64,000 bases of DNA from Paraspadella gotoi. Taxonomy: Eukaryota > Animalia > Chaetognatha. Location of the stretch: the NCBI GenBank assembly GCA_051294375.1, contig CM119271.1, positions 6,065,991 to 6,129,990 on the forward strand. The letters are read 5' to 3'. Below are positions 25,001 to 34,400 of this stretch, in pieces. The position numbers and the translations under genes were made by a program. Below the pieces are notes generated by a model. The model saw nothing but the letters and a program-made list of their open reading frames with translations, was not told the origin of the DNA and did no database searches. Position 1 is the stretch's first letter. Every line of letters begins with the position of its first letter.

Positions 25001-28000
25001 TATAAAGATATTAAAAAAATTTTAAAGACTAGTATTCGCCTTCTTTCCTTGCTCGGTGTGAAACAACGCTTCGTTGCTTTGAAAACATATGACGGTGTGT
25101 TTGATGCGAAAAAACAGCGCTCGTTCCCAGTAAATGGAGCCGGCGGCTAAAGATAAAAGGGTTAAATTTTACTTTCGCCGACCGCGGTTTTGGGGTCTTT
25201 TGAAAAACTACTTGAAAATATTTATTTAAAAAAAAAATTCTAAAAAATATTACCTAATTACCCTAACTCTAAACCCACTTAACTCTAACCACCCCTAACC
25301 CTAAACCACTCTTAAACCATCCTTAACCCCAACCCCTCCCTTACCCCGATCGGCTAAAGTAAAAGTAACACAAACAAAGTCCTATCCATAAGTGGCATAA
25401 CAACAACGTCATCTATTTACATTATTAATTATGTTTGGCAATTATGGTCACCCTCCAGTTTTTTAAAATTTTTAACCACCTGGGGGATGGTTCTTGTGAA
25501 CCGGGGGATCGTCGGTATATTCGTGGAAAATGAGGGAGATCTTTTCTACTTCCTTTCCGTATTGAAGCAAAATGTCGTTGAACTTTTTCATCATCAGTTT
25601 GTTGATGGCGTCGCGGCTCCTGTTCAAATTAAAAATTAATAAATTTATTAACCTTATTATTTAATAATCATTTTATTAATTGTGGCGGAAAAAACAGGGC
25701 AAGTTCAAATCTGTGTCCCATTTTCTTTCTTCACCAAAAAAATCATTGTGGCGAATCATACTCAGAAGTTCAATAATATTTATAGGATAATACCCTAGTT
25801 AACATTGTAACATGTCATGTTCTTCTTGGCGCGCGAATAAGTTGGTTATTAATAATGATAATTTAAATTCAAAAACATTTTTGAATTCACTTGATTTTGG
25901 CTTTTAGTCGATACCTAAAATTCTATGAAAAAAAACTTTTTTAAATATATCACTTTTTTCGCCATGAGTCATTTTTTCAAGGTTTTGAAAAGTTATTTGG
26001 GACTGACCTCATATGGAAACCATACATCATAGAGGAAATATAAAGATAGTTTTAATCCGCTTGGCCTTTCCTTTAATTTTATATCCAAATTGACCCCTCA
26101 ATTCACTATTTAATTTAGTAATTTGTACGTTTTGTTTAAGTTATCAAAACAGTTTGGAAAATTTTTAAAACAGTCCTAAAACACTCATGCCAATTTTTAA
26201 GAAAAAAAAAAAATTTTCTACTTCAAATGAATTTTTCCCAAAAGAGCGCGCGGACTCTGTAGTCTCTACTTGATGTGCTGAAAGTTGAGCAACATGTCGA
26301 AGGCTGCCTCCGCGCTGCGCAAGCTTTTGAAGCAAGCGTCGATGAAGTGTCGGGCTTCGTTCTCCAGGAACTGCGTCTCGCGGTAGAACCAGTCCATGAC
26401 CGACATCCACGAGATGTGCTGTCGACTGTCGAAGGGGTCAAAGGTTACCTGGAGCGATTTAGGGGGGGGAAAACTTACCAATTTTCAACAACGATTATGA
26501 AATGAAAAGCCTTAAAATTATTAGTTACAAAACATGAGTTATTATATAGATCTATAGAATTCGTATTTGTTAGGAATCGGTTATAAATTATTAGTAATTA
26601 ATCGATATTAATGAATAACCTGTTCGATGGGTACGATGAGATCAGTGACTCGTTTAACGACCTCATCGATCTTCCGAGGGTCGCCCGAAACCGCCTTCAA
26701 CTCCGGACCGAAAATGTTGAAGAATTCCTCCAGAACCTGCACAGAACGCCGGAACAATCAGACGGATAGGTTGATTTTATTTTTTTTTTTTTCATGTATA
26801 ACCTGCGCAGCATCGTGCAAATCTTGACAAATCGTTGCCATGTGATCGGTTTTTTCGAACAACCTTTTTTTATCAAACTCCCATCTGAAGGAACAAAATA
26901 AACATTAAAAAAAATGGTAAATTTTTTTTTAGTCAAAGGTGTCGATGTTATTTTTTTTCACTTCGCCGTTGACATTTGTTTTGTTTCACCACCTGGTGTC
27001 TCTTCCTGACAACTCAATCTTTGATCTCGTTTCCAGATAGCAGTCGTGCCAAAGAGTTAAAACCTTTTTAGCTTCGCTCGTCTTCCGTTTGATCTCGTGA
27101 ACGGGCTCACTACGGCAAAAGAACGAAAAATACTGAAGACATAAACGTTCACCAATAACCATTCTTAAATCACTCACTTGAAAAGCGTCCTGACGCTTAT
27201 GACTCTCTGCACCCTCTCCGCCAGTTCCCACGAGATACGCTCCATGAGCGGCACCATGCGCTCGTCGCGGTTATAGTGGCGAGAGATGATCCAGATCAGG
27301 CGGAGAGCGTTGAGAAGAGGAGGGATCGTTTCCAGTACCACGTGGAAGTTGGCGCCATAGCTTAGGTTCTGAACGGCAGTACAGTTGAAGTGGAAGAGAA
27401 GATTTATCAACTCAAGCAATGTCTCAATCTGTAGCAAGCTTTAATTTTAAAGAGAGCGCAATTTGTCAATCTTTATAAAATGCCCTCGTGATGTTTTCGG
27501 CGAGGTAATTTCACTCCCTCCATCTATAAAAAAGCTATTAGTATTAGACACTGATTTATCGAGAAAAAAAATAATCACCTTGAAATGCCTTTCCAACGTC
27601 GTCAAAAACTTTGCGTTATCTTTAGCCTCGATATAAAATTTCTCCAATTCAGCTCTTTGAAATTCAAAGTTCTGGACCGCGTTGTTGTTGCAGACTTGAA
27701 CGGCGGAGACGTACCTCCTAACCGTTTCCGTTTGCAGTTGCTCCACCAGGGCGCTGAGCAAAATGATTGGTTTCCCTCAGGTAACGAAGACTTACACGTG
27801 AATAACCAGGACGAAACGATACAACATGAGAAATTTAAAAAAAAACTATAACCTGAGCGCCGCCGTTCGTTCTCTCCAGTAATCGATTTCCGCCAAAGGC
27901 CCTTCCCCTTGAGGCGTCTTGGCCAATTGCTCCTCGACGCTGTCGGTGATTTGATGCTCCCACGTCATCACTACCGACTCCAGCGCCGCCTGGATCTCCG

Positions 28001-30712
28001 GATCAGACTTGGCGGCTTCTGTTGTTAAACGGAGGATTAAAAAAAAATTGAAGAACCGTGACCTCTCAATGACGACTTTTAAGTGTAAGGCCGAAGTTTG
28101 ATTCGAACCTCATAGGCTAATAAACATGCATTTATAAATAATTGTCTCTTCTGCTATCCCCTATTTTCTTCGCCTTTCCTTTCTTTTTTTAATCTCTCCA
28201 TTGCTTACCCTCCAAACCGCCTTCGATCTGCAGGTCGGGCAGCTGGAGCCGAACTTCGCCCTCGATCTGTTGTATTGTTCGATTCATGGCGCTCTGGAAC
28301 TTGCGGAGGTTCACGTTGAATTCATCCCTCAGCATGGCTTTGTGCGCCGGTACCTGTAGGAGAGGGGTAGAAAATTTTATCGGAATTAGTCGGCTTCAAG
28401 AAAGAATATTTTAACAAGGATAAAATCTAAATCTAAATCTTTCAAAAATACAAGTGGATGAGTTCTTGAAAAAATTTTAGGATGTATTCACCATAATATA
28501 ATCACCGGATATCATTGGTATTGTATTAGTTACTAAATTTTGAAAATTAAAATTTATGAACTGATATGTAAATAAAAAAAAAAGAAGCCATATCCATACC
28601 TTGTCCCCGTCGCCTTGAGGAGCGTTCTTCGACAACTCCTTGGTACTGCCCGGTTTGTGCTCCTTGAAGTCGATGTTCGGCTGAAGTTGATCCACGAGAT
28701 CATGGATTTGCCCAAAGTGGGCCATCTGACGGGTAATCAACTGGCGACGAAAAAAAAAAAAAAAATAGGATGAAAAAAATCGCTTCCAAAATTTGTTTCC
28801 CCTTAGTTTCTTCGGGTCTTCTTAGTCCCTTGCCTGAGACTTGCATGTTTCATAACCTCAGGTTCCTTGTAACCTTATTGGTCATTTCCCTCAGCGCCGC
28901 GAAGGCAGGGCCCGTAAAAGCGCCAAAGCAGATATAGTCAGGCAGCCTCATTTCAGCCTCCTCGATCGTGGTGAAGCTTGGCACGGTCGCCACGCCCACG
29001 TGACGCATGAAATAGATGACGCGGCTCTGATCAATCCGCTCGGGAATCGTCTCTCGACACATATGAATATTGGTCTTTAGGTACTTTTCCATCGCCAGTC
29101 GCTGCGGGAAACGGTCGAGTTCGACATATTATAGAAAAAAGAAAGTGTACAAACTAACAAAGTATTAAATGTCTATAATTACCATTTCGTATCGAATCAA
29201 ATCGGGGATTTTCGGTGGAGGCGGTGGCGGCTTCTTTCCTTTTTTGCCCTTTTTCCCTTTCTTCCCCTTCTTGCCTTTGACTCCGCTCTTCCCCCCTCCG
29301 ACCTTTCCTTTCTTCCCTTTTGGAACTTCAGGGGGCGGGGGCGGCGGCGCCTCCTCTTCCTCCTCTTCGACGATGGTCCATCCCTCCTCGACCATCCTGG
29401 CCAGCCACTGCTCGAAAGTTTCCACGGGTTCCAGAACCTTTTTCTTTTTCTTTTTTTTCCCTTTGCCCTTCTTCTTGGCCAAGGCCTTGGCCCGCTCTTC
29501 CGCCTCGTGCTCCGCTTGCAGCTCGGCGAGCGTCTTCTTGACGGCCTTTGGAGCATCGGTCATCTCCTCGCCGAATCCCTCGTCCACTTCCGCCTCTGAT
29601 TCCTCGCCTTGCTCCTCTTCGCCGTCGCTGGGTGACACGACGGCCTCGTCGTCGTCGGCGTTTTGATTCACGTTCGAGGAATAGTTGATGTTTCGAGCTT
29701 TTTTCTTCGTGGAGTCGGATATTCAATCAGTTAATCAATTAATTAATGTATAATAGGATAATGAAGAGTAAATTTTACCTTGCCCTTTTTTCCTTTTCCT
29801 CCTTTTCCTTTTTTTCCCTTCTTTTTCACGACTCTGAAAAGCAAAGTCAGTCTTGACGGCCAAACATATCTCACTATATTTTATTAACCAACTAAAGATG
29901 AAATCGGATCGGCGACTCGGATAAAATCTACTTAAATGATGACATCAAATAGATATAATCATTTTCACGAGAAAACTAGTTTAATTGTAAAATAACCATT
30001 AACTTTGTCATGTCATGTCGACACAATGTAATTACACTGGTTCCTCTACAGGCGGTGGTTCCTCAACGACTTCCACGGGTTTCGGTAAGTAATCTTCGCG
30101 ATTGAACTCCAAAAATTTTTCGACGACAGTTTCCTTGAACGTCTCTCTTCCATCGATATGATGACGCCAGAAAATTTCTTTCAAATTTCGCAAATAAAAG
30201 CGAATTATGAACTTCCATCTCGCTGCATTTCTGAATTTTCGTTCATTAATTTTAATCGACTAACTAATAAACTACGCACCGACTTTAATGAGAATTTCTC
30301 TCTCCAACTCTCTCGTTTCCTCCCAAAATATGAGCCTCTTGGCGGATGGGTCGTCGTCCTTCTCCACATTTGTCAAGAATGCGATGATCTCAGCCTCCGA
30401 CGCCCCATTCTCGGCACCAAGGAATTCCTCAAATAGTTCAAACTTGTCTCCCAAAGCGAGGGCCTAGAAAATTATAAACGAAAATCATCTAATCCTTAAA
30501 ATAAATAGGCTTAATAAGTGAATGAGTATGTAGATATTTGCTATATACGTTTAAATAACCTGGAAAATTCTATCCCTCATCCATTCTAAACGGGTGTCGA
30601 ACTGCGCCATTTCTCGAATAGGCTCGAATAGAGTGCTTTCTACTTTCTCCCGAGGCGATGCCTCTGCATCTCCTTCTTCCTCAATTCTCGTATTCACTGT
30701 TAATTTCGACAT
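72..30712 (-). CDS. DNAH10: Axonemal dynein heavy chain, DNAH10-like (inner arm I1/f alpha); multi-exon, 3' part lies beyond the left window edge
   Basis: Ordered minus-strand exons encode the tail, linker ([15 protein letters not shown]), AAA1 P-loop ([24 protein letters not shown]), AAA2 ([25 protein letters not shown]), AAA3 (GETGTSKT; [33 protein letters not shown]), AAA4 ([13 protein letters not shown]) and the stalk start (ALPALEEA...EIRSFAKPP). Probable ATG at 30712. Paralog assignment rests on recalled motif similarity. Confidence 0.92.
758..834 (+). ncRNA. Degenerate twister copy (array unit 1)
   Basis: Retains ATGTGACGG and GGGTCCGCAGCCC. The TAA site and P3 are disrupted. Confidence 0.55.
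1100..1180 (+). ncRNA. Twister ribozyme, type-P5 permutation (array unit 2)
   Basis: P5 CTGGC/GCCAG; P2 ATGT/ACAT; conserved GA then CGG pairing with CCG in L4 (T1); TAA cleavage motif at 1126-1128; GC/GC pseudoknot T2; P3 CAGTGA/TCACTG; P4 AGGG/CCCT with loop TCCGCAGC. Confidence 0.85.
1444..1524 (+). ncRNA. Twister ribozyme, type-P5 permutation (array unit 3)
   Basis: Same elements as unit 2, with P3 CAGTGAC/GTCACTG. Predicted cleavage at U1471^A1472. Confidence 0.82.
1807..1893 (+). ncRNA. Degenerate twister copy (array unit 4)
   Basis: Retains P2, P3 and T2. Indels lie in the P1/cleavage region and in P4/L4. Confidence 0.55.
2738..2817. repeat. (CT)n microsatellite; similar tracts near 11416-11474, 19225-19395, 19900-20010, 60445-60495 and 60592-60652
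   Basis: Directly visible dinucleotide runs. Confidence 0.95.
3703..4002. mobile_element. Palindromic MITE-like element interrupted by the twister-bearing repeat; short related palindrome at ~31078-31162
   Basis: Inverted arms at 3732-3756 and 3948-3972 (22/25 match). The motif aaacaaagtttgttttgtttacaaacaa is shared with the ~31085 copy. Confidence 0.6.
3802..3945 (+). mobile_element. Interspersed repeat family 2 carrying a type-P5 twister-like motif (3828-3890)
   Basis: ~140 bp closely similar to 15708-15850. P5 TATCTTGT/ACAAGATA; GA-TGG, AGGCCT, TGA (TAA in the other copy); P4 CCTG/CAGG with loop TCTAAAGT. Confidence 0.7.
4379..4439 (+). pseudogene. tRNA-Asn(GTT) pseudogene with D-arm deletion
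   Basis: ttcggctgttaaccgaaa anticodon arm is identical to the intact copies. The D arm is missing, the acceptor stem has mismatches, and a T-run follows. Confidence 0.85.
6005..6586. mobile_element. MITE-like element with ~22-bp terminal inverted repeats
   Basis: tactatctaggaaaaaagtata (6005-6026) and its reverse complement at 6564-6586; AT-rich interior. Confidence 0.65.
8240..8590 (-). mobile_element. GC-rich structured intronic insert with a degenerate minimal hammerhead-like motif
   Basis: Minus strand 8494-8463 reads CCTATGA-C-GATAA-TAAC-TTATC-GAAAC-CTAG. Additional stems are ACGGCCAC/GTGGCCGT and CTCCGCGCC/GGCGTGGAG. Confidence 0.4.
9567..9640 (+). tRNA. tRNA-Asn (GTT), intronic, antisense to DNAH10
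   Basis: Canonical 74-nt eukaryotic tRNA-Asn sequence GTCTCTGTGGCGCAATCGG...CCCAGGGACG followed by a T5 terminator. Confidence 0.98.
10229..10302 (+). tRNA. tRNA-Asn (GTT), second identical intronic copy
   Basis: Identical to 9567-9640, followed by a T9 run. Confidence 0.98.
12071..12135 (+). mobile_element. Truncated Helentron/HINE-like end
   Basis: tagttgcgccg...cttttcggtcggtcggtcgg, shared with the element at 14851. Confidence 0.5.
14851..15350 (+). mobile_element. Non-autonomous Helentron-associated (HINE/DINE-1-like) element
   Basis: Subterminal inverted repeat TAGTTGCGCC ... GGCGCAACTA, a 5' hairpin, and a (GTCG/GTCT)n microsatellite just inside the end. Confidence 0.6.
15708..15850 (+). 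mobile_element. Interspersed repeat family 2, second copy, with twister-like motif (15733-15795)
   Basis: P5 TATCTTGT/GCAAGATG; GA-TGA, AGGCCT, TAA, ACCACCAACG; P4 CCTG/CAGG with loop TCCAAAGT. Confidence 0.72.
17336..20250 (+). mobile_element. Helentron/HINE-like composite filling a ~3-kb intron, with internal tandem blocks and a ~20-bp minisatellite (18108-18380)
   Basis: 5' hairpin agtcggatctgct..agcagatcccgact followed by (GTCC)n. Repeated blocks gaaattttgtgtgtgggtaggaaagtgtg...gagtggaaatgagtt and a gttgaccaaattatgtca array follow. Confidence 0.55.
22437..22493. repeat. 9-bp tandem repeat (TGAATATTA)n
   Basis: Six direct copies. Confidence 0.9.
25162..25369. mobile_element. MITE-like element with degenerate CCCTAA interior; remnant at ~32842-32893
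   Basis: TIR ttttactttcgccga / tcggctaaagtaaaa (14/15 match). Confidence 0.6.
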
Positions 30713-31251
30713 TTTGGATTTTTCGGGGTTTTTTTTTTTTTGGTTTGTGGTTGTTGTTTAACGGTAAAAGTAATAAGTATAAAGAATGGAGCTTGAAGTT
30801 GCAGTGACGAGACTGCTCGCGTCAAGGTTAATATTTTTCGATACGCGTTTTGTGTTGAGTATGTAGAAGAATTTCACGTTTTTTTTATGAAATTATTTCT
30901 TAAAAACAGTTTGGGAATTAAAATCTAAAAAATGAACTTAGTTTGGGAAGACGGCATCGTTTTAATTAGAATAGATGATATACTTCTCATCGCTCTTTTT
31001 ACCCGAAGATAAAAGAAAACATTGAACATCAAGACGATACTCAAGGAACTATTTATTATTTTATAATTATATATTGAGAGAGAAAACAAAGTTTGTTTTT
31101 GTTTACAAACAACGAAGTTTATTTCTTGTTTGTAAACAAAAACAAACTTTGTTTTCAATCTCAATTTAAAAACGCAACGAAACGAAAGTCCTTTCACTAT
31201 ATTTTATAAATTAAACTTTACGGCGCCCGCCGCTCCCGTAACCGTTCATCA

Positions 31252-31401
31252 GCGGCCATTGGTGCCGAAGGCAAGTCATTCGCCTCCCAACCCAAAGGTC
31301 CGGAGTTCTAGCCCGGTGGTCGCCTAGCAGTTAAGAGGGACGGGGCGCTTAACCCTCCTGTAACATTGTGTTACAGCCTGATCCAAAGCTCAGAGACTGC
31401 T
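31252..31401 (+). mobile_element. tRNA-derived SINE-like element (family 3): tRNA-like head 31252-31324 plus twister-like motif 31326-31401
   Basis: Acceptor stem GCGGCCA/TGGTCGC over 73 nt with a tRNA-Gly-like ttcgcctccca and a degenerate T arm. Then P5 AGCAGT/ACTGCT, GA-CGG, GGCGCT, TAA, P3 TGTAAC/GTTACA, P4 CTGA/TCAG with loop TCCAAAGC. Confidence 0.72.
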
Positions 31402-31496
31402 TATATTGAACGGTTCTGTCACTAACACATAACATTAATTACAGTCTCTTCAGTTGTAAGATTTTGCTTGTTTCAACTCGGAAAATAACATTGAAA

Positions 31497-34400
31497 ATGG
31501 CAAGTAAATTTAATTGAAATCATTTAAGCAAATGGGAAGCATAAATCTTTTGTCCGATTTGTCCAATTAATTTCCTTTTTCTCCGCTAAGATCGCTTCGG
31601 CGACGAAGACGACGACGACGATGGATGGGGAACTGAAAGAAAAGCCAAGGGAAGAGCGATAGAGAGCGAGACAGAGCCAAACTGAGCCAGAGAGATTCTG
31701 GCAAACCAGAGTCACGCTGCCGAAGTTGAAAGCCTCATTCATGACGAGCCTCGAATTAATCGTATCAAAAGTCTCGTGACGCCGACGTGGGCGTCTCTGT
31801 TTAATGAGACCCTAACTTTACGTAGCGCCCGCACGAAACTTGACTCCTATTGCGTTGTTTTGGTTTCAAGCTGACGCCCAGATGTCTTTCGACCTGAATC
31901 AAATGGCTTGATTATTAGGCTTTTATTGCATCATCTCATCGTTTATTCACTTCTTTTTTTCCCCAGAAATCAATTTAGCTCCTGACCCAAAAATGTCAAT
32001 TTATTCCAATTATTCGAATCGAAAGAGAACTGCTTGATTTTTATCGCAACCAGCGAGGGGAAGGCCTGGGATCGAAAAGCGGGACAGAGCATCTGTCAGA
32101 GGTAATTCGTACATTGAACCCGCCGTAAAAAAAAAAGCTACGATATTATGTACTTATTCGAAACGTATAAATTCGAAACGTTTAAATTAAATTCAAAGAT
32201 AAACCGACCCATTTCTTGTTTGTAAATGTTATTACTCCGCGGCAATGATTTAAAAACATCGGAAATAAACAGAAAAAAAAATTAATAAAATATTAAACAA
32301 ATTATTCTGGTACGTATTGCTCTTTTTGACTTAGTAATTCCATTTAGTATACTGTATCATCGCTACGTTTTTTCTTTGTAGAATTCGAGATGGATTCTTC
32401 TTACCCAGAGCCGGACTCAACAAAAAATGGAAAAGCCAAACGAAAAAGTAAATTTTGTGAACACTGAACAGTACTTTTAAATTAATGATTACAAATTAAT
32501 CATTTTGTTAATACCATTTAAGGAAATACTATATAGTGTAGTAGTAAATTTAAATTTGATTTCAAAATAGCGTATTTTTCCATTCTTGCACAATACCTTA
32601 ATATTGTTTTTTTAATTTCAACTTCAAGCTACGTAAAAGAATGGTTACACTGTATTTATACCCCATTTAAATAATAATTAAATCATTTAAGTGATCATTT
32701 TTTCGATTTTAATTTTTTTCGTATCTTTAGGTGATAAGAAAGAAAAAAGGTCCCAACGATCTACCGGCAGCCTTAAAAGGTCACTGAAATGGCTAATGGA
32801 CCGAGGAAAGAAAAAAGAGCGGTAGGTCGTTCCTTTCTTTAAAATTTTACTTAGACTATTACCAAAACCCTGGTCGGCGAAAGAGAAATTTTACCATTAT
32901 CTGTCCTATTTAGTTCGGAGAGTGAAGATGACGCCGAGGAAACTTCGTTCACCACCGCCCTCGAGACCAGCGGCGCCGATCTCTTCGGAAATTCGTCGAG
33001 CTACGAAAGGTTTAATCTAATCCAATAAAGTCAGAGAAATAAACTTATATATATAAATTGTATTATTTTCTCTCTTTTCGTTGCTAAGTGAATATTGATA
33101 AAGGTTTAATGTTTTGCCAATACAACGATTTTTATTGTTAATAGTACATGTTTCAACTCTCTTAGTTCGACAAAGGTGGGACTCTGGCGATGTGATCGGG
33201 TCATTGGCTTGTCATAGACCGAGATGATATTCTTGTAGAGTGGGATATCTTAGGGTCAGATAGAGACCCGGCTGGGAAAATAACAAGTGCCACTCTAATA
33301 TCTATTTGGCCTGATAAGCCTGCCGAAGGCCCTCCTCTCACCTGACGGTGAGCTGGGCGGTTGCCTGTTTTGGTGCAGGATATACAGACTCCTCTCCTTC
33401 CTGTAGCCGTCGTTTTTGGCGTCGCCCGGTGCTCGGAGAGGCACGCCAAGTTGCTACAGGTTCAGGAGAGGCATCGGACGTCCATTGCCTGCCTGGAGGC
33501 CTCCACCTGACCCGTTGAGTTGGGACAGGAATCACCGTGCGGTTGATAGCTTGGAGGGAGATCGAATCGTCCTCCATGGTTCAAAGAGGGCTCGAGGGCT
33601 TTGATGTAGACTGCCTCTCTAATACCTCTTGAGAACCAATTTTGGTCATGGGACAGCATGAGGCAGTCGGACTCTCTAAACAAATGGCCAGAAGATGCCG
33701 AATGCTCGGCAATAGCCGATAAGAAGTGACCAAGTGTGTCACAATACAGCTTTTTGAACCGATCTGAGAGACTTCCCGGTCTTGTTCCACGTATGCTGCT
33801 GTGCAAGGTTGGTTGCCCGCCCCGGCACAGGCCGCCCAATAGACGGCTCCTGAAGTATGCGGTCTGGGGATTTTGTCTTTCGGTTTCACTAATTGCTCAC
33901 GTAAAGAGCCGCGTGTCGTCACTGAAGTGGAGATCCCCTTCTTTGCTAGTACCCGCACCAAAGCTTCAGTGATCCCCTGGTGGTAGGGGAGGGACAAATG
34001 ACCTACCGTCTTGAGGCGCTTCTGCTTATCTCCCAGTTGCGCTGTGGTGGGCGCGGTTGGTCCTTCAGCAGCAAGGCCTTGTTCTTCCTCCTGGGGGGTG
34101 GAGCTTGAACTTGCGTCAACAGTTACTTGGACAGCACCTTGGTGGCCACTGTCCTCAGCCTGGTTCAGCCGGAATCTGGCCTTCTCGAAAGCCCACCGGT
34201 AACCATTGAGCGCCAAGGCTCTTTTGACATGCTCAAGCTCGGCGGCCTGAAGCTCGGGGGTCGACGGAATCAGTAGGGCTCTTCTGGTAAGGGACCTGAC
34301 TGTGGGGAGTTTGTGCGACAAGGGAGCATGTGAATCAAATGGAATGTATTGGTCAGTATGAGTTGGTTTGCAATATCTGGCCACTGTCCTTTACTCAGCC

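Noticed and set aside
25255-25348. Interstitial telomere (CCCTAA-like)
   Set aside because: Only about two perfect units, enclosed by MITE-like TIRs.
30799-30812. RFX X-box upstream of DNAH10 (gttgcagtgac)
   Set aside because: Only one half-site matches; too weak to call.
31215-31252. Minus-strand hammerhead (CTGATGA-ACGG...CCGT-AAAG)
   Set aside because: Lacks GAAA and stem III/GUH. The GAGCGGCGGGCG part recurs at ~51627 as a different repeat.
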